Origin: Macrostomum lignano | Taxonomy: Eukaryota | Assembly: GCA_002269645.1 (NCBI GenBank) | Contig: NIVC01000211.1 | Coordinates: forward strand, 310,001 to 374,000 | Reading direction: 5' to 3' | DNA length: 64,000 nucleotides | In this document: positions 23,501-35,559 of the stretch, one piece after another | Layout: every line of letters begins with the position of its first letter | How positions within the stretch are numbered: position 1 is the first letter of the stretch | Made by a program: the position numbers and the translations under genes | The notes under the pieces: model-generated | Told to the model about the DNA's origin: nothing | Databases searched by the model: none | What the model saw: the letters and a program-made list of their open reading frames with translations, nothing else

Positions 23501-25664
23501 AACAAGCAGCATGACTCCATCGCAGACTGGCTGGCCAAGCAGGAGGGACAGGTGTTTAATTTCAATAAGGAGTACCTGGACTACTGCCTGCAGGACACGT
23601 TAATTTTGCGGGAAGGCTGTCTAAAGTACACCCGCCTGATTAAGGACATTTGCGGACTGGACGCATTTGTTCAATCCAACACCATTGCGGGCTTGGCTAT
23701 GGCTGTTTTCACCACCAAGTTTATGGAGCCCAACACTCTTGGGGTGATTTCCCGCCGGTCCGATGTACAGTCGCACAAGGCGCGGTGCTGGCTGCGCATT
23801 TGAATGCAACCGAGTTTGGCGGCCGGTTGCGGACAGCGGACTCGGGCGGCGAGGCTTTCGCCATGGGCCGTAAGGTCGACGGCTTCGACCCAGAGACCAG
23901 GACAGTGCTGCAGTTTCATGGCTGTTTCTACCATGGCTGTCCCAAGTGCTTCCCCAACGGCGACGTGCTGCACCCGCTCAAGAACCAGCCAATGCGGGCG
24001 ATTTATGAGGAGACTGAGCGCTTCACCCGGTTGCTCTCCACTGCATACAATGTGCGTGTTCTGTGGGAGCACGACTATCAGGACGAGGGAGCGCCAGTCC
24101 AGCAGCCTATTCACCTGGAGGATGCCCTGTTTGGCGGCCGTACCGAGGCTTTTGTCCCGCACGCCGAGGCCACCGAGACTGTAGAGCTGCGCTATCGGGA
24201 TGTGGTAAGTTTGTACACTTGTACACACACAGTTGACATGCGTTTGAGTTTATCTTATCCTCTAATTCTCTATTATCCTTATCCCCTAGGTGTCGCTCTA
24301 CCCGACTGTCAACAAGTTTGACAAGTACCCGGTCGGGCACCCGGTACACCACCCCGAGCCTCATCTACTGGATGAGCTGCAGCTGGCCCGGTATTTTGGC
24401 ATCGCCGAGGTGTCGATTCTGCCGCCAACCAATCTCCACATCCCGCTACTGCCCGCCAAGATTAACAAGAAGTTGGTTTTCGGCCTCTGCCGCGTCTGCA
24501 TGGAGACACAGTGCAGCAGCGAGTGTACACACACTGACGCTGAGAGAATGCTCCGCGGCACGTGGTCGACCCCAGAGCTCCACAAAGCCCTGCAGTTGGG
24601 TTACAAGCTGCAGTCAGTTCATGCCCTGGCCTATTGGACCGAGACTCGCACGGGCCTGTTTGCAGATTATGTAAACACTTTTTTGAAGCTCAAAGCCGAG
24701 TCTAGCGGTTCGCCGGGGATGGCTGAGGACGCCAAGGCTGCCTACATGGCCAGCTTTTTCGAGCGCGAAGGCGTCCGGCTGGAAAAGGTGGAGGAGAATC
24801 CTGGCTTGCGCTTTGTGGCCAAGATTTTTCTAAACTCGTAAGTTTTTTCTACTTGCAGTGGGGCCGTGTTTTTCTACTTACAAAAAAAAATTTATTTTTC
24901 CCTGCAGGCTCTGGGGCAAATTCTGCCAGCGCGACGACCTGACCTCCACAGAGATTGTGGACAGCTACGAGGCGTGGCTGCAGCGCCTGACCGACCCCTC
25001 GATCAAGGTCAAGTCGTGCGAGCCAATTGGGGAGAGCTTCATGATGCTCGAGTACAAGCCCCGATTTGGCGGTGCTGGCGAGCGGGCGTTCAAGTACGCT
25101 AATGTACCTATTGGCGTTTTCACCACCTCCCACGCCCGGCTGCGACTCTACGAGGCTCTGGAGGGTCTAGGAACCCGCGTCATTTACGCCGATACTGATT
25201 CGTGAGTAATTTTTTCAACTGTCTCTGTCTCTCTTTCTCCCTTAACACTTTATCCTTCTCCTCCTCCCAGGGTCGTATACCGCTGCTCTCCGGGCGAGTA
25301 CGAGCCTCCGGGCGGTTCGAGTTTGGGGCAGTGGACTGACGAGGTACCTGCTGGCTGCCGCATGGTACAGTTCACCACGGGAGGCCCCAAGCTCTACCGG
25401 TACGTGGTGGAGAAGCCTGACGGGTCGCTGTACTCGGTGCTCAAGTGCAAGGGCATCAGAGTCACACCCGAGATTTCCGAGCGCGAGGACGAGCTGCAGG
25501 AAATTCTGCGTCACGGCGGGACTGTACGCCTGCCCCAGGCCCAGTTCAGGCGCGATAAGGCTAGCTGTACAATCCGGACCCTCGAGATGGACAAGACTTT
25601 CCAGCGCGTAATGACTAAGAGGGCGTATGGGGCCGCCAGCCGTCCGTATGGCTTTCGTGAGTGA
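20560..25664 (+). CDS. Protein-primed DNA polymerase B, 6 exons: join(20560..20620,21377..22059,22309..24204,24290..24837,24908..25201,25271..25664), ~1290 aa; frameshifts near 23000 and 23795
   Basis: vOTU-like ITNSDKRCLLRAL...QHFNVV; Exo I YYDFETY; Exo II AHNGSAYD; KDSLNF; Exo III YCLQDT; VSR-like VDGFDPETRTVLQFHGCFYHGCPKCF; FGGRTE. After splicing, the motifs read RDV|VSLYP, KIFLNS|LWGKF and YADTDS|V; KCKGI follows. All five GT-AG introns preserve the frame. Confidence 0.92.
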
Positions 25665-25829
25665 GTGAAAGATAAGGATCTATCTTTTTTACGCCTGGGA
25701 TTCCCCTATGTGCCCACTTGGGATCCCTTGACTCTTGGGGTTGAAAAATGGTTTTACGCCCGCACTGTACTTAGGGGTCCTTACTCTTTTGGCACCTCCA
25801 CTGTACATTGAGCGGGATCCCCTCAAGTG

Positions 25830-26075
25830 TTAAAACTCCCATTTGACACCTATTCCCTCGGGGCGGTTTGTGGCCCAGCGGTCCGCCTCTTGGAGTAGAA
25901 CTCCTGACATAAACTTGCTGCGCTGATTAGCGTACTGATAGCGCAATCGAAATACGTCCATTTTTCTAGCCCACTTGTGGGTACATTTACGTTGAAAGAT
26001 GTTGATGCGTTCAATAACGTTGTAATAATAATAAGTCTCCACATCATAGGGCGGCGAAACCTCCCTTTTGCTCAT
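25830..26075 (-). CDS. Small hypothetical ORF, 81 aa, aromatic and basic
   Basis: ATG-initiated, inside the element and convergent with pPolB; no recognisable motif. Confidence 0.3.
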   Translation of the reverse strand: MSKREVSPPYDVETYYYYNVIERINIFQRKCTHKWARKMDVFRLRYQYANQRSKFMSGVLLQEADRWATNRPEGIGVKWEF

Positions 26076-26259
26076 CTATTTTAGACAATAATGAGACTCT
26101 GACCCCGGGAGGTTAATGGCTGAGCGGGTAACCCTGGCGGTATAAAACAGGGTGACCCAGGCTCGATTCCTGGCTGGGGGCTGTAGACTTTTCCGGCCCC
26201 TGCGTCACTATTGGGTTTAATTGTGTTGAAAGTATATCGGGTCATTAGGTCGTGAACCA

Positions 26260-27152
26260 CCCTTTTGGGATTTCCCCGAACCGCTTTTGGTTAAAATTTT
26301 TATGCACCTGCGGGTTAGACAATATTTACTCTTTAGTCGGTGCGACATTATTTACGCGTCTGTTGCACCTGGGCGTTTGCCTATAATCTGATTATACATG
26401 CGTGCCTGTATTATACAACTACACCTTATGCATGCCTTGTAAACCTGCTTTATACATTAATCCGATATGTATCGAAAGTACACTTTGTAAACCTGCTGTG
26501 TGTATTTCCACCTATGTAGCGCCTACAGTACCTGCTTTGTCTATTTCTGCCCATACACCTACATTGTGTGTTTTTGCTGCTCATATGCTCCAATATGTAC
26601 ATTTTAATATGCAATATGCGTCATTATTCACCTACCAATATGTTTTATCTACATTTTTATGTAAATATACTCAATTTCACCTACTATAAGTAGTTTTCAC
26701 TAGCCTAATATCGTTGACTACATATCGGGAGAGTGGTAGAGTGTACATATCGGTAGAGTGTACACTCGGGGTGCCTGCGGCTCGGTAGAGTGTACACTCG
26801 GGGTGCCTGCGGCATGGGCGTCTGCGGCATGGGCGTCTGCGGCATGGGCGCCTACGGCTCGGGAGGGTGCGCCTGCGGCTCGGGAGGGTGTACATATCGG
26901 GGTACATATCGGTAGGGTGGGCATACATATCGGTAGGTGCGCCTGCGGCTGGGGAGGGTCGCCGGTGGCTGGGGAGGGTCGCCTGCGGCTGGACGGCGCT
27001 TGGCGCCACGCGCCTGCGGCGCGCGCGCGCCGAGCGCCGATATCGATACGGGTATCGATCACCTAGTGATCGGGGCGCCAGCCAATGAGAGGCGAGGAGG
27101 GTTGACACCCACCTCACCTCCAAAATCGCGCCATACGGAATCCCTTAGTAGT
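26260..27152 (-). repeat. Right TIR of the 9.7-kb element
   Basis: Near-identical to the left TIR for ~850 bp; diverges in the innermost ~40 bp. Confidence 0.95.
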
Positions 27153-28015
27153 CATGGACACTCACCAAAAGGACTTCCTAACCCCCTGACCCGTCTCCGA
27201 CATGCCAATCAGCGACGTGCGCCAGACCGACTCTTTCTACCTTCCTACCGCTCCTTGGGTAGGGATGCCTTAGAGTCATCGGCTGTAATTATCTCACTGA
27301 AGCCATGCTCTCGTATCCTTACAAGAACCGAAGGCGTGTAAGCATGTGCACATGGTGCTCTCAAATGGCATGACTTTAAAGCTGCCTCAACGTTTTTTGA
27401 GCAAATGCTCCGCTCTTTTGTCTATGACCATGTTTTTATTCTTACTGACTGGAGCAATTGCTCTGCAGCCGAGAACTTTCTCATGAATCTGAGTTTGAGC
27501 ATTTGCTCAGTTTATTCATACGGCCTAATTTTTTTATTTCCACTCCCAGATGTCAGCTTTTCCACGGTGTTTTTCACGGTAGACAATGGCTCTTTTAAGC
27601 CTACAAAATATCGTCAATGCAGAAGGGACTGTCAACTTAGAATTTTAATGGAAAAGGCTAATTAACACAGCGGATATCCGCGTGCCGGTGTCGAATACCA
27701 GTGCGTTGGACCGAAGGCAGAGCAGCTCAGCGGTAGAGTGTACATGACTGACGATTAGAGTGCTGTGCCTGCGTACAGCACTGGTGCGCTTGTATGTGCT
27801 CAGGAGCCAGCGGAATGGAAAGAATTGCCTCGGACGAATGTCTCTGAAAGCGTTGTTCCAGGATGCCCACAGCGCATCATTAATATTTTTATTTTCATTA
27901 CTACTACTATTGCTACTATTATTATTAATATTATTATTATATTCTGAAAATTTAACTTGGGCCGGCAATAAGTGAAGGTGAAATATCATTGAAAACCATT
28001 TCTCTCTACGTCAGA

Positions 28016-28148
28016 CAGGGTTTTTACAGTCGGAATTTCAAGTCGAATCCAGTCTATAGACAATGCTGGACTAGATTAGAACTAGCCTAGACTAGATTTC
28101 AAATCCGATTTGATTTGACTTGAAATTCCGACTGGAAAAACCCCCCTG
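28016..28148. mobile_element. Short MITE-like inverted repeat
   Basis: GGGTTTTTACAGTCGGAATTTCAAGTCGAATC and GATTTGACTTGAAATTCCGACTGGAAAAACCC form ~32-bp imperfect arms with CAGGG...CCCTG ends. No TSD found. Confidence 0.5.
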
Positions 28149-31039
28149 CGGAACTTCTCATAGACCCCTGCAGACCACGTCTAAGAAGTGGCAAAAATTT
28201 GAGCTCCTGTCAATCCATTGTTGGATTGGGGCGTCGCTAAATTGCCGCGAGGAGATCTCTTAAAACAGCGGATGCTGGAAACAAAGTCGCGTTCGACTGT
28301 CCGAACACTTTTCCAACTATCTGACTCCCTGAAATAAGCTGTGTCTAAATCTCCGGGTCAAAGTTCTTTGCTGCTTGTTAATTGCGCGTCGAATGTGCTG
28401 AACTGCTTTTTCTAAAAAAAATGCAGAAAAACCCACTGGCAAATTTGTTGTTTAAACAGAACAGTACTGTTTTTGTCGAAGGCATCGCTTAATTACAGCA
28501 AAAGCCAACATACTCATCTACAAGATGCTTTTTTCAGCGCATTGGTTGCTGCATGATGTGTTCCGATTGAGTGTTGAAAGATGCATTTAACTACTTTTTG
28601 AAGAGACCGCTGTTTTCGATATTCTTTTTGGATTAGTACACGTGCATGATGTCAGGTAAACAAGCAAATACGAGCAACACACTCAATTTTCTCAGTGGCT
28701 AAATTATTAAAGCACCATTGGTTTTAATTGCTTTCAGTTTGTGTAAAAAAAACAAAAAATGTGTTTTTCAAATATTTCTTTTCAGAAAATATTCAGGTAA
28801 AGGTATGTCAGCTATTATTCACTTCTGAAATGTAATGAGCACTACATTTGAGAGCCAGCAAGTGTTTAAAAAGCATCTGACATTTTGTTGATTAACCATT
28901 ATCTCATGTAAAGGAATAGTAATATTGATAGTATGATGGGTTCGGCCTTTTTAAGCCTACAGCTTCGGGCCTCAGAACTCAGAAATGAATCACTTAGAAC
29001 TCTGGCCTCTTACTCCTGTCAGATGGTCAGCCCCATGGTAGCCAGATTGTGGGCGAGCAGCAAGGTCCTATAGCTAAGAGAAGACAGCGAGAGACAAGCA
29101 GGGAGAATTTGAAAGGTAGAGATTAGCTAATCCGCAGATCAACTAACCCGCTGCCACCAGTCCGTGCGCCCCGGCTCACCAAACGGGAGCTATCGAAATC
29201 GGACTTCCGACTAGAGGGGCACTGCACTTACCTGCCATCTAGTGTCTTTTAGCTGTCTAAATCTCGAAAAGTGATAGCCGAATAGAAGGGACACTGCTGG
29301 GACTAAGATCGCATTGGCCATGCAGGGACAGAGAGGACTTTTGCAGGGGGTTCTTGCGCTGGCGAGCCTTCATACACTACTAAAAGTACTATTTAATTAC
29401 CAAATTCCCAGAAGTACATGTACAAGTACACGTAACTGCACGCTTTTGGCACTAAATGTGTTAACACGTCGACAGATAGCGCTGATGTAAATGCATTGTT
29501 ACTTTTGGAGACCGTTAGACTAATATTTAACTTACTTTAGCCGCTTAACTGCCTGAGACTGCACGAAAGTGCCAGTCTGGCGCTTAATTCGCATGCTTAT
29601 CATGATTTCTGAGATCAACTGATTGACTGGGAACTGTGCCGCTTCCGGTCCACTGTGACCTCTGCCTTTAGATCTAGTCGCTCATCTCAGCTGGCATTGC
29701 GAAGAAAGAAAGAAAATGCTTGATCCTTGCATCCTTGACACTTTAAATTGAGTTAAAGCGAATGGCTACTTTTAATATTAACTCACACTTCTGCCTCGAG
29801 ATTGGCACACAAAAGCAAGTAAGCAAAAGTGCAAATCCTATCGGACTACCTAGGGAGGTGTCAGACAAAGGGCGCACCCAGTTAAGCAGGTCAAGAGAGC
29901 CTCTCACCCAACCAATCAGAGGACCTATCTGCCGGTAGCCAAGGAATCCACAGAGACCGAAGCGCTCAGACGGGATGCTGCTGCCGATCTTAACTGACGC
30001 GTGACGCCGTTGCTCTTCTCTCGCCGGTGGTTGATGCAGCTCTTAGCTCACGGCCGGGAAGTACTGACGATGCCTTTCAGGGGGGTCTTGGCTGTAGTAG
30101 CCGAAGTTGCCGGGGGAAAAAGGACCAGACGTCGAAGACGCTGCAGAAGCCGACTGGGATCAGGTCGGCAGGTCTGGCCAAGGCCAAGGCAAGGAAAACG
30201 ACCGGGTTTACTAGAGTGCGGGTCGAGTTGCCGCCTTTTATAGCTCTCACGAGGCCGATTTGTTATAACGCACGCCGAATTTTCCGATTGGCTGAGAGCT
30301 TTTGTTAAAATAGGCGCCGAATCTTCTGATTGGTCGAGCCGGGGGCAGTCAGGTCGACTCTGATTAGCTGAGCTCAAGACCCCAAAACCCACCCCACCAG
30401 GTGGCCTTCAGACCACAGGGAAGATGACAGGTGCGGTCATAAATCATGCGCAAAACATAATAAAAGCCACTTGTCTAGACACCCTGGCGCCAAAAGTGAC
30501 AGCAAAACACCCATAAATTAAAGGAGAAAGCAACAGAGCGAGTGGGGAGAAAGCTGGAAAGACCTCTTTGACCCAGACAGGTTGGAGCCAAAAGTGACAG
30601 CTAGACCGCCATAAATCACAGAAAGCAGTGAAAAAGCCGCAAATCTGGGGTCAGAATGGGGTTGAAACGATTCCTCCCAGACTTAGTGTCGCCGTCTAGA
30701 CTGCTAGAGGTCAATCCGTCTCAAACCCAGACAGTCTGACCTTCAAAGATGCGTAAACAATCCAAAATTAGAATCCTAAGAGAAGTACATTGAGTATTTA
30801 TCATAATTAATAGTGATAGCATAAATTAGTGTAGAACTTAGCCTGGGTGAGAGAATGGAGAGAGATTCCTAAGCTAGCCTACTGACAGTAGGGGAAAAGC
30901 GCATCGAAACGAAATGTGCGGTTTTAAGATTGAAAAAAGATGCGTCCTCATCAAATAATAATGATACTGATTACACCTGCCCCAGTGGGCAGATGTGCAA
31001 TCGACAGCTCGATCAGCCGCAGCTATTGCGCGGCGCATC

Positions 31040-31264
31040 TGAAGGCTGCGTACGGCTGTTTAGTCTAAGGACTGGGGTGTCGGGTCGCCACACACCCTCA
31101 ATTACCCCAGCTAATGCTGGCACCTATTTTACGGCTGGGAGGACTGAACCAATGCAGAGTTAAGTGTCTTGCTCAAGGACACAAATTGTTTCGAGTTGGT
31201 CGAGAATCGAACCCCCGACCTTTTAGTCGTGAGTCCGACGCTCTAACCACTATAGGCTACAACC
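31040..31264 (-). mobile_element. tRNA-derived CORE-like SINE
   Basis: The minus strand reads TAGTGGTTAGAGCG (A box), GGTTCGATTCTC (B box), then GTGTCCTTGAGCAAGACACTTAACTC...CCGTAAAATAGG, resembling the MIR/CORE domain. The 3' end is uncertain. Confidence 0.75.
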
Positions 31265-31526
31265 CCAAAGGAAAGTGCTCGTGATAGAATGGATTAAAGT
31301 TGTAATTAACTGAAAATAAAGCTAAATTCAGCTTAAGTTCATCAAAATTTAGAAATTCAGCAAAGGTTGCTAATAGAACATCATGCATCACATCCAGTTT
31401 GTCATGTGAGTCAGGTGTTTCAATCGCAGAAACCATGCAGTCGCATGTGATCATTTAGGCATGCAATAACGATAAATAGTTTCGATGTTGGACTCGTGTG
31501 CTTAAAGAATTGCAGACTAAGGTGCC

Positions 31527-32890
31527 TTACACACCTGACTTTGGAATCAGATTCTTGCACCAGCTGCTGAGTCCATCGAGCTGCTGCAGATCGAACAGAC
31601 CCTCCGCAATGGCAAAGCATTCAATCCAGCCTTGAATCGAGTTCTGAAACCGTGGAATTTTTCCTCCGATGCTCAGGCACTCCGCCTTGTTTGACTTGGA
31701 TGAATTGCTTAGCACTGATCCGTTCCTAATTGTTTCAAGTCGCTCCAATCCGCCTTCAAAGTAGGTCGAACACTCCGAGCCATCGAAGGTGTAGCCCATG
31801 GAGTTGTAGGCACTGCCAGAGCTCAGTGGAAATTTTCCCGAACTATCAATGAACCGTCGCTTCTTCTGCTCATACGGATCGTCGAAGCGAAAGATGAGCT
31901 TGTCTTTTTCAGGATCAAACAACACCAGGCTTGCGAAACCTCCAAAACTGCAATTGTGCAGGCTGAAAACCACCGAGCGTGCAGCACTGCAAGCGGTGGG
32001 TTCGGAAAGCAAATGTGCGGTTGGTGGCAATCACTTTAAAATTCTTATTTGCAACCAATACAACTACACTTTTATGTTACAGATGTACTTTCTAAAGTAC
32101 TCACCTCGAGTTGAAGTCGAACTTGGCTCGCATGAACACGGTCACGTTGGGCTCGGGCACAAACAGGTCCTCGATTCCGTTGGCCGTGCTCACACCGATG
32201 AAGGAGCCAGACTCTCCCGTCACGAACGCGCCCGCAGACCTGTTGAGCACAGCCGACACGAGCACCGGAGTGTGCGGATTCCGGTGCACAGGCGCCAGGT
32301 TGAACGAGCCCACACGGAAGTGGTACAGAATCCGCAGCGAGCTCACCGCGATGCTGCTGGGCAGGTCGGTCGTGTGAGCTGCAATTCGATAACGATGTGA
32401 GTACAGCTGCAGTCACGCACTGCATGGGCACAGCTGCAGTCACACACTGCATGGGCACAGCTGCAGTCACACACTGCATGGGCACAGCTGCAGTCACGCA
32501 CTGCATTGGCACAGCTGCAGTCACTCATGACTTCTCACCCTGCTGGAACTTTGCCAGCCTTCGCCTGTTCACAAACGAGTCGCACTGGCCGTGTCCGTGC
32601 AGCCATGCAGTGAGGAAAGCCTCGGCAGTCGCCAGCAGACACCAGCGATGCTCAGCGACCATGCTGGCAGCTGCACAGCTCTCTGTTGTGTGGCAGCTCA
32701 GCACGCAGCCAGCGATGCTGCGTTCAGGCAGTTGATGAGGCTCCAGCTTCCGCACTCCATCAGCGGGTAGGTTGTCAGACGGACAGGCGTGCAGTTTGTC
32801 GTAGTCGGCGAGTCGGGAAGCCAAGGAGACGGCGATGAGGCAGCAGAGCAGCGGCAGAAGATGGCGGAGAGAGCACGTCTTTTGGTTCAT
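31527..32890 (-). CDS. Secreted PAN/Apple + LamG (ConA-like) protein, copy A: complement(join(31527..31986,32105..32378,32539..32890)), 361 aa
   Basis: Signal peptide; PAN-like C-x3-C-x5-C...C (AGCVLSCHTTESCAAAS...WCLL); LamG-like ending IQGWIECFAIAEGLFDLQQLDGL. Splice phases 1 and 2 give an open frame. Confidence 0.75.
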
Positions 32891-33388
32891 TTTATTAGAA
32901 AACAGACGAATAAATTCGTCCGCTTTGGTTGGGTTTTCAGGCGACTTTGGAATGTCAGGTCCTGCTCTGCGAAAGCAAAAAATCTTTTTTAGTAAGCAGC
33001 TTCGAGTAGCAGCTACTGGGTAGCCGTCAGAAAGACGTTTTGCTAGTGGGCTATAAATAAATTTTTGCATCAATTTTTGTGAAAAAAATCGTTTCCTTAC
33101 ACACTATTCCTTCTTTCAGACTACAGCTGCATTCTTTCTAGGAAAAGCCTTCGGCTTAGCTTTCTAAAACCGATTTTGGAGTTGCTTTCCAGAAAGTTGG
33201 CATGCGGACGGAATTTCCGGCCACAGGCATTGTACGTACAACGACTTAACTCAGGAAACCATACCAAGGAGATACTCAGGAAACCGTACTCATTGCCAAG
33301 ATGAGGTAAAGACGGATGCTGGAAACAAAGTCGCTTCTCATTCTACTAATGTCGTTTCCTGAATGACTTGTTGCTTCTCTGCTGATCC

Positions 33389-33481
<93 letters not shown>
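33389..33481. repeat. (CTAT)n microsatellite
   Basis: Read directly. Confidence 0.98.
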
Positions 33482-34099
33482 TTTTTAGCGAGTGTCCGAT
33501 CAATAATTCAAACTTCAATACCTTGGCAGCTAGTAATGTACTCATGCTTCTTAATACTATAACAGTTAATAGGATTTCATTTTGTTCAGAAAGTGTAAAA
33601 TTTGTTTAATATCGACAAAAACTTACAACTAGCATGCAGAAAAGATGACGGTAGCTTTTATAAACTTCAGTGGCAAGAAACTGCTCTATCGAATATGTTC
33701 TGACTGCATGCAAACATTGGAATATTCCGCTGTTTGCATTTATCAAACACGCGAGACTTCCTGCCTTGCTTCAGAGTTTAATAACAGCTGACAGCTGACC
33801 TGAATTGGTTTTTTTTCTGATAGGGTAGTTGGTATAGCTGGCGGATATGAAAACATCCAACTGCTGCAATGTTTCACGGCTTTTGGTTGTCAAGGAGTAG
33901 AATTTCAGGAAGCAATGTTGTGTTTGATGAGGCACCTGATTCTTCCCCGCGAACCAGCATCCCCCAGTCTTTCACTTCATCCTACACGGAAATTTCGGCG
34001 CGCATTTTTGTCTTATTTGTCTTTACGTTCCCTGACGTATCCTTAGGCCCTCGGGCAGTCACGCACTGCATGGGCTCAGCTGTGCTCAAACACTGACTT

Positions 34100-34381
34100 A
34101 TGCAGAAATGCAGGAATGACGGAGCATGACTTCTCACCCTGCTGGAACTTTGCCAGCCTCCGCCTGTTCACAAACGAGTCACACTGGCCGTGTCCGTACA
34201 GCCATGCAGTGAGGAAGGCCTCAGCAGTCGCCAGCAGACACCAGCGATGCTCAGCGACCATGCTGGCAGCTGCACAGCTCTCTGTTGTGTGGCAGCTCAG
34301 CACGCAGCCAGCGATGCTGCAGTTAGGCAGTTGATGAGGCTCCAGCTTCCGCACTCCATCAGCGGGCAGATCGTTTGACAC
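34100..34381 (-). pseudogene. Isolated exon-1 fragment of the PAN-LamG family
   Basis: Near-identical PAN exon and GTGAG donor, with no signal-peptide start and no downstream exons. Confidence 0.75.
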
Positions 34382-35559
34382 ATAGACAAGCAGTAGCTGT
34401 TGGTGTGGTGTAAAAGTGTTTTGTAACTACTGGCAGTCTTCTTGTTGGTATGCATTCCTATCTCTTATTTTCCCAGTTGTATACATCACTTCCATACATC
34501 TGTCTATGTAGGTATCTATCTATGTGTGCGATCGATTTCAGAAAAAAACGGCTCAACCGATTTTTCTCAAACTTACACGATTCAATCACAAATTTTCCCG
34601 TGACGGCAGCTACATGTTTCGTAGATAAGAAATTGCATGAATTATTGCACTGGCTGAGAAAAGGATTATTGCACTTTATGAGTAAAATATTATTGCACTA
34701 GTTGAGGAAATTTTGCACTAGCTACTTGCCATTTGGGGGTTGCTTGCTGTCTGGGAGATGCTTTCTATTTACGGGGAATGTCTGCTATCTTTGTGAAGGC
34801 TTTATTTTATTTTCTCCTTTTGTTACTTTTAGAAATAAAAGAGATTCATACATAACAAACATCTTTGTCCGTGACAAGTTTAATTAAAAAAGGTCATCTA
34901 TAAAACTGAAGAAGGAACTGGTTCTTTAAAAAAAGTAGCATAATAGCATAAATAATTATTGTTTCATGCTTATTGGCCGCCCCGAAGGTTGTTAGTATCA
35001 TCGAAACCTATTGCATAACAGGACATCGTCTTTGGGTTTAGGCTAATGAGACATACATTTAAAAATCATGAATTTGATATTTCAGTACTTCATGACATAT
35101 TCACTTAGTTATATAGACTTTCGGTTCCTGGCATGAAGAAATGTTTTTTGTGAATAAAACCCGAGTTTTATAATGTCAATTTGTTTATGCTTAGTATTAA
35201 GGAGAAATTATATGCAATGGTAGATCTCCTTCCAGTATTCTTCACTCGATTGTACGCGCACTCATTAACCCCAGAGTTTGCAGACCGCGGCATCTCTTAG
35301 GCGGGTCAGCTAGGTAGCACAATGGCATGGCTCTTTTTAGGGGTTTACAGCCCCAGGCCCTGACCGATGCTTTTGTGTGCTGCGAGACGAACTGTACGCG
35401 CGGCTATTGTACCCGAGCAGTTTTAGTGTGCAGCCAGCTCTTACTCACTGTTCTTTTCTAACTTGTATTTAAGCGTCGAGACAGTGCACAGTTAGCAAGA
35501 TAACTACTTTTGAGAAATTTTTGTGCGTTTCTTCGTTAACAATAAGATAGAGAGACTCA

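Larger units (their letters stand above)
17448..27152. mobile_element. 9.7-kb Polinton-related pPolB element lacking integrase and capsid genes
   Basis: TIRs at 17448-~18338 and ~26260-27152. TSD CATGGA at 17442-17447 and 27153-27158. Ends ACTACTAAGGG...CCCTTAGTAGT. Contains the pPolB gene. Confidence 0.9.

Noticed and set aside
31190-31264. Functional tRNA gene
   Set aside because: It continues directly into a CORE-like SINE body, with no convincing acceptor stem or T-run terminator.
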